Shown here: positions 9,489-19,215 of the stretch, piece by piece
How positions within the stretch are numbered: the stretch's first letter is position 1
Layout of the letters: every line of letters starts with the position of its first letter
Source of the DNA: Pelagomonas calceolata
Taxonomy: Eukaryota
Reading direction: 5' to 3'
Length of the DNA stretch: 64,000 nucleotides
NCBI GenBank assembly: GCA_918797485.1
Contig: CAKKNE010000004.1
Span: forward strand, 3,658,001-3,722,000
Notes under the pieces: model-generated
Told to the model about the DNA's origin: nothing
Database searches by the model: none
What the model saw: the letters and a program-made list of their open reading frames with translations, nothing else
Translations under genes and position numbers: made by a program

Positions 9489-11066
9489 ATGATGAGGGCA
9501 GGCCTACTCGCCTGGCTTGCGACCGCCCTCGGCCAGTTCGTCAAGCTCCGGCTCCACCCCCGCGACAGCCCCCCGGGGCGCCGGCGCCGCGCGACGGCGC
9601 GCGCCGCGGCCGCCGGCGCCGAGCTCTACGAGGGCCTCTGGACGCACTACGTCCATTTGTACGTGGGGACCCCGCCGCAAAAGACGTCTGTAATTGTGGA
9701 CACGGGCTCGTCGAAGACGGCCTTCGTCTGCGCCGGCTGCGAGGCCTGCGGCGCCCACGAGAGCCCGCCCTTCGACGCCAGCAAGTCCGAGACGTACGAG
9801 GTCGGCACCGGCACGATGTCGGCGTCGTACTCGGAGGGCTCCGAGTGGCGCGCGCAGCGCGCGCGCGACGTCGCGGCCGTCGTCGACGCCGACGGCACCG
9901 TCGTCGCCTACGCGACGAAGGACGGCGCGTCGAAGTTGGGTGAAGCGTCCTTGGTGCCCGACGCGCGGCCGGTTTCCATCCCCTTCGGCTGCATCACGCA
10001 CCAGACGAACATGTTCGTGGACCAGACGGCGAACGGCATCTGGGGGTTGCACGGCGACGGCGCCGATTCCGTGCTCCAGGCGCTCTACGAGGGCGGCGCG
10101 ATCGGCGAGCTGGCCTTCTCGCTGTGCTACGAGCCCGTGGATCCCCGGTCCAAATCGTCGCTAAGGAGCGGCTTCTTCGTCGTGGGTGGCGTGGACGTGA
10201 CGCACCACGTGCACGACATGCAGTTCGCGGAGCTCAAAGTGACAGGGGCCTTCTACGCGGTCGAAACTTTGAGTGTCAGCCTCGTGGGCGCCCAGGGCGA
10301 CGAAGTTAGTGTAGAGGCGCCGGCGGGCGAGTGGAACCGGGGGAATGGCCTAGTCGTGGACTCGGGCACGACGGACATGTACCTGCCGCGGCGCGCGGGC
10401 GAGGCGTGGGTCCGGGCCTGGTCGAAGGTGTACCCGCGCTGGACCTACGACGCGGACAAGACGTTCACGATGCACGAGAACGAGCTGAGCGCGCTGCCCT
10501 CCATCCGGTTCCGGTTCCGCGGCGTCGCGGGCGAGGTCGAAGTCGACGTGAAGCCCGAGTCGTTCGTCGAGAAAGAAGATAGGAGCTGCAGCGGGACGTG
10601 CAGCTACTTCGCGCGCGTCTACCTCGAGGAGGCGGCGGGCGGCGTGCTGGGCGGGCCCTTCTTCTCGGGGCACGACGTCTTCTTCGATTTGGGGCGGGGC
10701 CGCCTCGGCGTCGCGCGCGCGGCCTGCGACGCCGAGGCGGGCTACCGGCTGCCGCCGCCGGCGCCGACGCCGGCGCCGACGGTCGACGCGGAGCGGCGCG
10801 GGCGGGCGCGGCGGCGGTGGCGCGCCGCGGCGGCCTACGCGGGCGCCGGCGCGTTGGCGCTCGCGCTCGCCGCGTGCGTGCTTTTGCGGCCGCGGCGGCG
10901 GCGGTGGCTCATGTCGGGCGGCGGCCGCGAGACGGAGCTCGTCCCGACGAGCGAGGTGGAGAACATCATGCTAAAAAATGTCGACGTCGACAAGGCCAAG
11001 CGCAGCGACAAGGGCAGCGACACGTCGAGCCGCTCGAGCGAGGAGGACGCGGAGATGATGCTCTAA
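9489..11066 (+). CDS. Membrane-anchored A1 aspartic protease (plasmepsin V/nepenthesin-like)
   Basis: Signal peptide, catalytic DTGS and DSGT motifs, CAGCEACGAH insert, and a C-terminal TM helix. Confidence 0.9.
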   Translation: MMRAGLLAWLATALGQFVKLRLHPRDSPPGRRRRATARAAAAGAELYEGLWTHYVHLYVGTPPQKTSVIVDTGSSKTAFVCAGCEACGAHESPPFDASKSETYEVGTGTMSASYSEGSEWRAQRARDVAAVVDADGTVVAYATKDGASKLGEASLVPDARPVSIPFGCITHQTNMFVDQTANGIWGLHGDGADSVLQALYEGGAIGELAFSLCYEPVDPRSKSSLRSGFFVVGGVDVTHHVHDMQFAELKVTGAFYAVETLSVSLVGAQGDEVSVEAPAGEWNRGNGLVVDSGTTDMYLPRRAGEAWVRAWSKVYPRWTYDADKTFTMHENELSALPSIRFRFRGVAGEVEVDVKPESFVEKEDRSCSGTCSYFARVYLEEAAGGVLGGPFFSGHDVFFDLGRGRLGVARAACDAEAGYRLPPPAPTPAPTVDAERRGRARRRWRAAAAYAGAGALALALAACVLLRPRRRRWLMSGGGRETELVPTSEVENIMLKNVDVDKAKRSDKGSDTSSRSSEEDAEMML

Positions 11067-11104
11067 CGAACCTGTTTATGTACACAATAGTTATAAGAAG
11101 CTGA

Positions 11105-11220
11105 GAGAGTCCGGGGTCGCCCCCCGAAGACCGGTGTCGTCCTCTGCTGAGATGAGTTGAGAGTCAGGGGTCGCCCCCCACCGGCAGAAAGTCAAGGCCG
11201 AAGACCGTGTCGTCCTCCGC
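11105..11220. repeat. Imperfect duplication of the last codons of the PRTase gene into its 3' flank
   Basis: 11105-11147 (GAGAGTCCGGGGTCGCCCCC-CGAAGACCGGTGTCGTCCTCTGC) matches 11159-11220 with an internal deletion of about 20 bp. Confidence 0.8.
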
Positions 11221-13296
11221 GTCCCCAAAGTCCAGCACCCCCACATCGTCGAAGGAGTCGTCCTCCTCGAGGAGCTCGATGTAGCCGTTGTCGACGGAGA
11301 CGATCGCGGCGAGCGACGCCACGGGCACGGGCCACGCGCTCAGGAAGTCGCGTCCGCCGTCAAAGGTCTTCTCGACGAGGACCGCCAGGCCCGCGGGCCG
11401 CGCGCCCGCCCGCGCGACCAAGCGGAACATGGCCTCCTGGCAGCTTCCTGAAGCTAGAAAATCGTCGACGACGAGCACAACGTCGTCCTCGCTTAGGGCG
11501 TCGCGGGGCAGGTACAGCTGCTGGCCCGGGCCGTAGTGCTTGGATCTGTAAGTCACGTCGAGCGCGTCCGCATACGCACCCCTGCCCATGGCATTCGCCA
11601 CCGCGCCCGCGCCGGCGGCCTCGCGCCGGCAGGCGACGAGCGGCACGCTCATGAGCCGCGCGAGCGGCAGGGCCAGCTGCTGGCCGCTCACGCCCGTCGT
11701 GAGGATCTTCGTGGCGGCGTCCGTGACGTCCGGCCCGAGCCGCCGCCGCAGCTCCGCGGCCGCCTCGTCCAACAAGGCCACGTCGACGACCGAACCCACG
11801 AAGGCCGAGACGTCCACGTTCCCGTTCGTGAGCACACGAGCCTCGTTGCGCAATCTTTCGCGGAACGCCTCGGCGCCGGGCGCCGCCGGCCGCGGCCCCG
11901 CGAGGGCCCGCTCACGCCGCGCCTCGAAGAACTCGAACGTCAAGTCTTCGACTGCCTTGTCCTCCCGCGGGTCCTCGCCTGTGCGGAAATCAAAATTTCA
12001 CGGTGCCTTCGGGCTGAATCGTCGCGTCGACCTCCACGCCATCGATGCGACGCCTGCTCGATGGCGTGGCGGTGTGCCAGTTCCTCACCGCTCGACGGAG
12101 CCAGCGACCACGTGCACCAGATACGCTTGATTCCCACACAGGTCCTCGCAGAGCGCCTGGAGGACGCCCTGGAACGCCTCGGTGCGCGCGGTCATGGCCG
12201 TCAGCGCCGTCGCCGACCGCAGGTCGCAGCGCGTCTCCGCGCGCGCCGCGAGCGACGCGTTTTTGGCCGCGTCGTGGAACGCGCAGCAGGCGACGAAGCG
12301 CGTGCGCCGCTCGCCCGGCGACACCGTCGCGAGGCGCTCGAGGAGCCGCGTCGTCTGCGCCTCCTCGACGTTCGGCACCCGGTACGCCGCCGCCGCCCGC
12401 GGCAGGAGCTCCCGCGCGCCGGCCTCGAGCGCCTCGACCTCGAGCACCGTGAACTCCGCCACGCACGGCAGGCCCGTCGCCTCGGAGACGTACACCGCCC
12501 GTTCCAGCGCTTGTGCCTCCTCGTCTCCATCCGAAATCTCGACGTCGTCAACATTTAATGCTTGCTCGACGCCGAACTCGCGGAGGAAGAACTTGGCGTA
12601 CCGCGCGAACGGGCCGGCCGCGACGGCCGTGCACCAGCGCCGGTCCAGGCCCGGCACCTTCGTGTCCGGCGCCGGTCGCGCGAAGTCCGCCGCCTCGAGC
12701 GTCGGCGACGACGTCCTCGACGACGTTACTAGAGGAGGTATTTCCTCGACGTCCTCCTCGGCGGCGGCCACAGGCGCGTTGTAGAACTCTGATACCGCGT
12801 CCTCATCGTCCTCCTCGTCCTCGTCCTCCTCGTCCTCCTCGTCGTCGTACACGTAGGACGGGCTCCCCTCGGCGAGCGTCGAGAAACTCTCGAGCGCGCC
12901 CTCGACCTCGAGCGCCGACGCCGACGGCCGGCCGATGCCGGCGATGGCGCGCCGCCGCGCCATGACCGCGCGCGCGCGGCCCGCGCCCATGCCGTCGGCG
13001 ACCATCGACTCCTCGTCGAACCAGCCGGCCATCGGGTCGTCGTCGCCCGCGGCCTCGTAGGCCTCGCCCCTGTTGCCGAACCAGTTCGGATCATCTAGCG
13101 CGGCCTCGACGTCGTCGCGGATGCGCCGTCGGCGCCGGCCCGTCCAGTCGTCGACGGACGAGTGGTCCGCGCTGCCCTTCTCCTTGCTACGCTGGCTGCG
13201 CTTGCGGGCCGCGAGGGCCGTGGTGGGGCCTGGCCGCCGCGGCTGGAGGAAGGCCTCGGCCGCGAGGAGCAGCGCAACGAGCGCTGCGCCCCGCAT
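11164..13296 (-). CDS. Plastid-targeted fusion: degenerate Ham1/ITPase-like domain plus Xpt-type xanthine/purine phosphoribosyltransferase; intron 12149-11979
   Basis: Signal peptide ending AEA-FLQP. PRPP motif VLVVDDFLASG and VEKTFDGGRDFL resemble Bacillus Xpt. Splicing joins ORFs 12085..13296 and 11164..11943 (AL C|EDPREDKAVEDLTF). Confidence 0.8.
11979..12141. mobile_element. Introner element, 163 bp; GC-AG intron 12149-11979 (171 nt) in the - strand gene
   Basis: TIRs CTGTGCGGAAATCAA / TTGATTCCCACACAG. Perfect TSD GTCCTCGC at 11971-11978 and 12142-12149. Contains the in-frame stop at 12085. Confidence 0.95.
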
Positions 13297-13623
13297 GGCT
13301 GCGCGAGCGCACTGATTACGCGCGATTCACGATGCTGCAGAGGCAGGCAGCCATCTAGTGTCTTACCGCTAGCTTACCTTGCAGTCACGCCTGATGACAT
13401 GGCCAAGGCGTGTCCCACGCTTGAACTCATCGCCTCGGATGCAAACTCCCGAGAGTCGGTGGTCGGGCGGCCGCCAGACTCGACGTCTCCGCCATATTTC
13501 TCTCATCAGATAGTCTCTATAGCGCTGCCCTCGCCAGGGGCAGCCACTGCCAGTCCGACTCATAGCCCGACTCATCATATAGCAGAGCCCGCGGTTGCCC
13601 AACAGCTTACCACCGGCACCACC

Positions 13624-14707
13624 ATGGGCAAGAAGCAGTGCGGCGAATCATGACCACCACGCCATCGACGCGATGCCACCCAACTCACTGGCTGATTTGC
13701 GCACAGGTAAGAAGAACAAGAAAAAGAAGGGCGTCCTGAAACAGATGAAGAAGGCCAAGAAAAAAGCCAAGAAGCAGGCCAAAAAGGCCGCCGAGGCCTG
13801 CGAGGACGCCGTCGAGGACGTCGTCGACGCGGCCGAGGACGTCGCCAAGGACGTCGTCGCCGCCGCCGAGCGCACGATGGAGGAGCTCCAGGACATGGCG
13901 ACGCGCGCCTTCAAGAAGATCCTGGAGGCCGCGGCGAACGCCATGGTGGCGGCGGCGCAGGACGTCGGCACGTGGGCCCGCGACGACCTGAAAATTCCGG
14001 TGCCGGGGCAGGAGCAGTTCGACGCGGCCGCCGAGCTGGTCGGCGGCGTGCCGTTCGTCGGCGGGAGCATGGCGGGCGCGATGACGGAGAAGGTCGAGGA
14101 GGTGGCCCAGGCCTTCCTGGATGCGATCATAGCGGTGGCGACGGACCCCGGCTGCATCAAGGCGTTTCTGGACCCGATTCTCTCCATCGACCTGGACGAC
14201 GCGGTGGCGCTCTGCGAGAAGGGCCTCGACGGGCCGGCGCTCGCCGAGTTCTTCGAAGAGACGTGCGGCGCGGCCATCAAGGAGACGATGACCGGCGTCG
14301 TGGAGGGCGCCCTGGAGGGATGCGCGCTCACGGCGGCGTTCCCGTCGGCGAAGGAGGCGTATAACGCGATCGCGGGAAAGGTGCCGGGCCTCGACGAGAT
14401 CGAGCTATCCCTGCCGACGTACCTCTTGGACAACTTCGTGGAGGGCTGCAAGAAGCTCCTCTGCGAGAAGGAGTACGATGCCAAGGCGGGGGCCAAGGAC
14501 TCGGGCGACGACGACCTGATGGAGCTCTTCGGCGACTTCCTCGACCCGGACTCGTCGGACTCGGAGAGCGACGACGGCGACGACGCGACGGCCGACGACG
14601 GTGGCGAAGGGGGCGCGACGAAGGTGCTGACGGACCTCGGGGCCTCGGTGACGACGATGGCCGAAGGAATGTTCGCCACGGTCGGCGCTCCGGAGGAGCC
14701 GGAGTAA
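13624..14707 (+). CDS. Protein with Lys-rich N-terminus and a DUF4197-like domain; intron 13628-13706
   Basis: ATG at 13624 plus splicing gives MGKKNKKKKGVLK. The segment AFLDPILSIDLDDAVAL...AEFFEETC...YNAIAGKVPGL...LPTYLLDNFVEG..LLCEKE resembles DUF4197 from memory. Confidence 0.6.
13636..13706. mobile_element. Short Introner element, 71 bp; GC-AG intron 13628-13706 (79 nt)
   Basis: Ends CAGTGCGGCGAATCA / TGATTTGCGCACAG. TSD GCAAGAAG vs GTAAGAAG (7/8). Core CCACGCCATCGACGCGA present. Confidence 0.88.
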
Positions 14708-14744
14708 ATCATCTAATTCTATCTCCCCGAGCCCCGTGGCGGGG

Positions 14745-15731
14745 TCAGGGCTGCAGCCGGTTCGCGACGTAAAACGCGTCGATCTTCGCGATGAGCGGGT
14801 ACGTCTCGTGCGTCCACGCCGCGAGGTGCGGCCGCAGCTCCGCGAAGGTCGACACCCCGAACAGCTCGAGCATCGCCGCGCGGTCCGGGATGACCTGCAT
14901 GAGCACGACGGCCAGCTGCCGGAAGACGACGTTGTGGTAGGGCCCCAAATGGGCCTCGTAGGCCCGCGTCAGGCACCCGTTCAGCTCGAGGTCCGGCCGC
15001 CTATCTAAGGTGTCGAAGAAGTGGCTCATGAAGTTCAATATGCGCTTGAGCCAGACGAACGCCTGGGCCGTGCTGTCGGGGTGCGTCGCGTTGTGCAGTG
15101 CGACCTCGTCCCTTATTAAGGTGTGGAGCGGCACGAGGGGCGCGCCGTTCCTCCTTAATTTTTTCACGTTGCCCTCGACGTCCTTCGCCGCGGCGGCGTG
15201 GATCGCGCTCCCGAAGGCGCCAAACGTCGGCATGAGGGCCTGGATGCCGTCCATGAAGGGCTGCGCGTGGACGGGGTAGGCGGCCTTGCGCCCGCGCGCC
15301 TTCCGTAAATAAGTGGCGCTGTTTCGGAGGCCCTCGATCGCCGGCGAGGCCCGCGTCCGGCGCCACCTCTTTTTTTTGACGGGTATGATTGTGACGGGCC
15401 GCGCCGTCAGGCCCTCGGTGCGGTAGGTCGCGCAGCACGGCAGCCACCAGGCGAGACCATAAAAACTGTGCGGCCGCGTCGGGTCGCTCGCGTACGGCAG
15501 CCGTGGCCGCGGCGGCGGCGGCGGCGGCGGGAGCGGCGGGCTCGAGAACAGGGCGACGGCGACGGCCGCGGCGGCCACGGCGCAGGCGACGGGCGGCGCG
15601 TACTTTTTGTAGCGCTTCGGGTCGAGCTTTTTCTCCGCCGCGCGCCCGACGTCGGCCAGGTGGTCCGACGACGAGGCCCTCGCGACGTGTTGCGCCGCGT
15701 CGTTGACTGAGGAGAGCATGGTTCGAGACAT
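14745..15731 (-). CDS. Glycolipid transfer protein (GLTP) domain protein with an N-terminal TM anchor
   Basis: GLTP signatures DVEGNVKKL, WLKRILNF and AYEAHLGPYHN. ATG at 15731 (alternative 15719). Confidence 0.85.
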   Translation of the reverse strand: MSRTMLSSVNDAAQHVARASSSDHLADVGRAAEKKLDPKRYKKYAPPVACAVAAAAVAVALFSSPPLPPPPPPPRPRLPYASDPTRPHSFYGLAWWLPCCATYRTEGLTARPVTIIPVKKKRWRRTRASPAIEGLRNSATYLRKARGRKAAYPVHAQPFMDGIQALMPTFGAFGSAIHAAAAKDVEGNVKKLRRNGAPLVPLHTLIRDEVALHNATHPDSTAQAFVWLKRILNFMSHFFDTLDRRPDLELNGCLTRAYEAHLGPYHNVVFRQLAVVLMQVIPDRAAMLELFGVSTFAELRPHLAAWTHETYPLIAKIDAFYVANRLQP

Positions 15732-16066
15732 GCGCCGCGCGCAGTCCTTTGCAATTATTTTTTTGAGTCCACAGCTCACTCAACAACGCGCGCCCGTCCG
15801 GCACAGCCTTGCGGCGGATAATTTCCTCTGCAGCGCTGGTTCAGTTGTTGCCGCCCTTGACGGCGTGCCCGCTCTTCCAGGAACAGCGGGAGCTTGCCCC
15901 CGCAGCCGTCAGACGTCTACGAAACCTGGCCTATCGCTTGGCTGGCTATGCACCGCTTGGCAGCAGATCCGCGCAAAAACCAGCTGTGTTTGCTAGTGTC
16001 TTACATACGCTAGCTCCTACAAAGCCCGGAAAAACCGCCCCCCATGGTTTCCCTACAACATTATTA

Positions 16067-17107
16067 TTAAGCCGGAGGCCTACGGTGCCGCTGCTTGTTG
16101 AAGAGTCCGCACCCCGGCGTGTGGTGGTCGCCCAGCGCGGTGGCCCGCATCCGCGCGAGGAGCCGATCCACGCACCCCGGCCGGTCGCGCTCGAGGCCGA
16201 GGACGCGGCACGCGTAGGTGACGCCGCTCTTCTTCGTGGTCCACGCCGCCGGCGGCGGACCGCAAACCTCGACGTCGCCGTCGACGGGCGCCAGGTCGTA
16301 GTAGCGGAGGACGCGCGTGTGGTTCGCCGCCGCCAGGACCAGGGGCGGCTGCTGCAGGCCGCAGCGCCACAGCCGCTTTGATTCGTCCCGGGGGTACGTG
16401 ACCTGGACGCGCAGCGCATTTGCCACTCCCCTTTTCACGTCAATATCACAATACCGCTCGAGGTCGTTCACCACGAGCGCGTCGGCGCGGAAGCGCCGCC
16501 GGTTCACGGCCTCCACGGACGCGCCGAGCGTCGCCGCGACGTAGGGGTGCTCCACATTAAATTTCTCGAAGTAGGCCTGGCAATCCGATTGGTGCCGCGA
16601 GAGCGCCGTGACGACGGCACCGCCCGAATCATAGAAGCGGGGGAAGAGCACGTTCGGCGCCGCGTCCGCGTCGAGCAGCGCGACCCTCCGGACGCCCAGC
16701 GGCAGGAGGTACTCGTCGACGGCGTCCGGCGCGAAGTTCATGTGGTTCAGGAGCCCGGGCCGCGAGCGGCAGAAGCCCGGCAGGTCGTAGGCCACCGTGC
16801 TGAGCTGGAAGATCTCCCGGAGCGCCGGCGACGGCTCGGCGAAGCGGATGGTGTTCACGGTCTTCGTCGCCGCGTAGCGCGCCGTGTCCGCGCGGCAGCC
16901 GGCGCTCCGGTTCGCGTCGAACGCGGCGCAGCCCTCGAACTCCGCGAGCGCGGCGTCGCGCGACGCGTGGACGGTTTGGGCGGCCGCGCAGATTTGCTGG
17001 GACGTGATGTCGCCCGCGTGGAGCACGAACCACTTGTACTTGCGGCCGCCGCGGCGGTCGAGCGGCACGTGGTAGGCCTGGCGCATCGAGGCGAGGGCCT
17101 CGGCCAT
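16067..17107 (-). CDS. Hypothetical protein
   Basis: 346-aa ORF with globular composition and typical GC3 bias. No recognised domain; the 5' end may be incomplete. Confidence 0.6.
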   Translation of the reverse strand: MAEALASMRQAYHVPLDRRGGRKYKWFVLHAGDITSQQICAAAQTVHASRDAALAEFEGCAAFDANRSAGCRADTARYAATKTVNTIRFAEPSPALREIFQLSTVAYDLPGFCRSRPGLLNHMNFAPDAVDEYLLPLGVRRVALLDADAAPNVLFPRFYDSGGAVVTALSRHQSDCQAYFEKFNVEHPYVAATLGASVEAVNRRRFRADALVVNDLERYCDIDVKRGVANALRVQVTYPRDESKRLWRCGLQQPPLVLAAANHTRVLRYYDLAPVDGDVEVCGPPPAAWTTKKSGVTYACRVLGLERDRPGCVDRLLARMRATALGDHHTPGCGLFNKQRHRRPPA

Positions 17108-17160
17108 GAAAATAGCCCCAAGCGAGGGGGGGCCGGCCGACCAGACGCCAACGAGGCGCC

Positions 17161-18386
17161 ATGCTCAAAGTCGTCCTCCTCGCCGCGGCGGCCACCGCGG
17201 GCCGACCAAAGACCCCCATTTTTTTCTTCCACTTCCACAAGGCGGGCGGCACCAGTTTCTGCGAGCTCTTCAGCCGTGCCGGCCTGCGCACGCCGGCCAA
17301 GATGACGCGCCGCGGCTTCGAGGGATGTAATTGTAATACGCGGCTCCTGGGCAACAACGCCACGGGCCACCACCTGAAGCAAGCGCACACCATCGACGAG
17401 ACGTGGCGGGCGGGCGGCGCGGCGCGCATGGCAAGCGCCATGGCCGCGGCGGGTCTGGACGTCTGCATGATCGAGGAGTCCTGGAAGTTCCCGACGCCGT
17501 CGCGACCGTGTGGACATCACGTCGCAGTCACGAAGCCACCATCGCGTCGACGGCGTCGGGCGCCTGAAATGCGATTCCCACGCAGGTCGCAGCTGCGGAC
17601 ATTCGCTGCAGAGTGGCGTTCGCTGGGCGGCGTCCTGGCCACGTCGTTCCGCGAGCCGTGGTCGCGGTTCAGGAGCACGTTCCTCCGGGAGCACGGCTAC
17701 GCGCGCGCGACGAACCTGACCATCGCGCAGTTCGCGAAACGGAATTACGCGCAAACGCCCACGGGCGGCGCGGTCGTCAAGTACGGGTTCTTCAACCGTG
17801 CGCCGGCGGCGTCCTCATTAATCACCCGTGCCGTTCAACGGTACGGGGCGACATATCAAGTTACGAGCGACTTGATGTCTAACACACAGGCCCGAATTTC
17901 TACGTCCGGCTCCTGAACGGCATTTCCGAGCGGCCCGGCGAGAAGGAAGTCGTCATCGGCCCAAAAGAATTACGGGCGGCCCTCGAGGTCATCGACGCTT
18001 TTCACTACGTGTTTATTCTCGAGGGCGACCTCCAGCCGGCGCTTCGCTCCGCTCTACTGGGCAAGGAAGTGCCGATGCCGGCCCGGAGCAACTCGTTCTT
18101 CGCGTCGGCGGCGCTCCGGGAGCACCCCGATCGGCTGGCGAAGCTCCCGCCGACGGAGTACTACAAGCGCACGTTTCGCCGGGAGAACTGCGCGGATTTT
18201 GCGTTCTACTACTCCTTACAGAACCGAATCCACGCGGCCGGAACGTGTGCGGGGTGCGAGCGACCGCCGGCAGATTTCTTCCTGGAAGGGGAGAAACATC
18301 CCCGGCCGCGATGCTTCGGCGTCCAGGACGTCGCCGCCGAGCCGTCGCTCTGGGGCGCGCTCGTGAAGTTGTGGCACGGTAATTAA
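17161..18386 (+). CDS. Secretory-pathway sulfotransferase (Sulfotransfer_2-like); introns 17499-17585 and 17798-17889
   Basis: Signal peptide, 5'-PSB motif FFFHFHKAGGTS and 3'-PB motif FREPWSRFRS. The second splice gives FFNR|PNFYVRLL and joins ORF 18009..18386. Confidence 0.82.
17506..17585. mobile_element. Diverged short Introner; GT-AG intron 17499-17585 (87 nt, in frame)
   Basis: Ends CCGTGTGGACATC / GATTCCCACGCAG. TSD remnant GTCGCGA vs GTCGCAGC. Core TCGCGTCGACGGCGTCGGGCGCCTGAAAT is shared with the 18849 and 40614 copies. Confidence 0.8.
17798..17889 (+). other. GT-AG spliceosomal intron (92 nt), probably a decayed Introner
   Basis: GTGCGC...TTGATGTCTAACACACAG. Removal is needed to restore the frame; the 3' end resembles the TIR. 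Confidence 0.75.
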
Positions 18387-18414
18387 GCAATTTACGTCGC
18401 TCGCGCGTGACTGG

Positions 18415-18735
18415 CTAGATCGCGACGCGCTCGCGCTGGACCCACGGGTAATACGGCGTACCCAGCCAGAACTTGAGCACGTTGAAGAACAACGGAGCGG
18501 GGAGCGGCGTCCGGGAGACCTCGAGGGCCCGTGCGCGGCGGGTTCGGCGCTGCGCGTCGACGGGGCCGCTGGACGGCGCGGCCGCGAAGAGGCGCGCGAC
18601 GACCGACGGCGTCCGCGGGCTGACTGTCGCGCGGCCGCGGTGACCAAGCTCCCGCAGGACCAACATTTTCTTGTGGTCGCGGAGCGCGTAGCGCTTCCAA
18701 CCACCGGCGGCTCGCACGTCGATGAGGAAGCGAGC
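18415..18735 (-). pseudogene. Orphan C-terminal gene fragment (FLIDVRAAGGWKRY...VLKFWLG)
   Basis: About 100 codons of coding-like frame ending at a stop, with no credible 5' part. From memory it resembles tails of a pelagophyte ankyrin family (unverified). Confidence 0.4.
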
Positions 18736-18788
18736 TGACCTCATGCAAAGGAGCCGGGAATCGGCATAGCAAGTGTGCACTTTTGTAG

Positions 18789-19090
18789 ACACGCTCGTGA
18801 ACAAGCTCCGCGCCGACAAGATGTGCAAGGGCTGTTCGCCGCCGCCGCCTGTGCGGAAATCAACCAGCGGGGACGACGCTTCGATGGCGTGGGGCGCCTG
18901 AAGTTTGATTCCGCACAGGCCGCCGCACCGCTTCTTCCGCGGGAACGAGGGCCACCCGCGGCCGCGGTGCTTCAACATCCACGAGGTCAAGCCCCACCCG
19001 TCGCTCTGGGAGACGATGACGGGGCTCTGGCGGGGCAAGGGCAAGAAGTCCTTGATCAACGCCGCGATCTACCTCGAGACGCACGAGTAG
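18789..19090 (+). pseudogene. Paralogous 3' exon of the sulfotransferase (relic or alternative terminal exon) with its own Introner
   Basis: The spliced translation MCKGCSPPPHRFFRGNEGHPRPRCFNIHEVKPHPSLW aligns to TCAGCERPPADFFLEGEKHPRPRCFGVQDVAAEPSLW at about 18240-18386. Confidence 0.75.
18849..18918. mobile_element. Short Introner element, 70 bp; GC-AG intron 18841-18918 (78 nt)
   Basis: TIRs CTGTGCGGAAATCAA / TTGATTCCGCACAG. Perfect TSD GCCGCCGC at 18841-18848 and 18919-18926. Confidence 0.93.
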
Positions 19091-19215
19091 GCCCCGCCGC
19101 GCGCGGAACACCGCGCGGCTGGTGGGTATGTCCCGCGAAAGGTAATTTGCTTCGTTGGCTAGATCTACTTGCTTCATCCGGGTAGAAATTTTAAGATAAA
19201 ATTATTACGTGGTAC

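Noticed and set aside
18415..19059. 214-aa minus ORF as one intact gene
   Set aside because: It is a chimera of the antisense sulfotransferase-like tail, Introner sequence and an orphan fragment.
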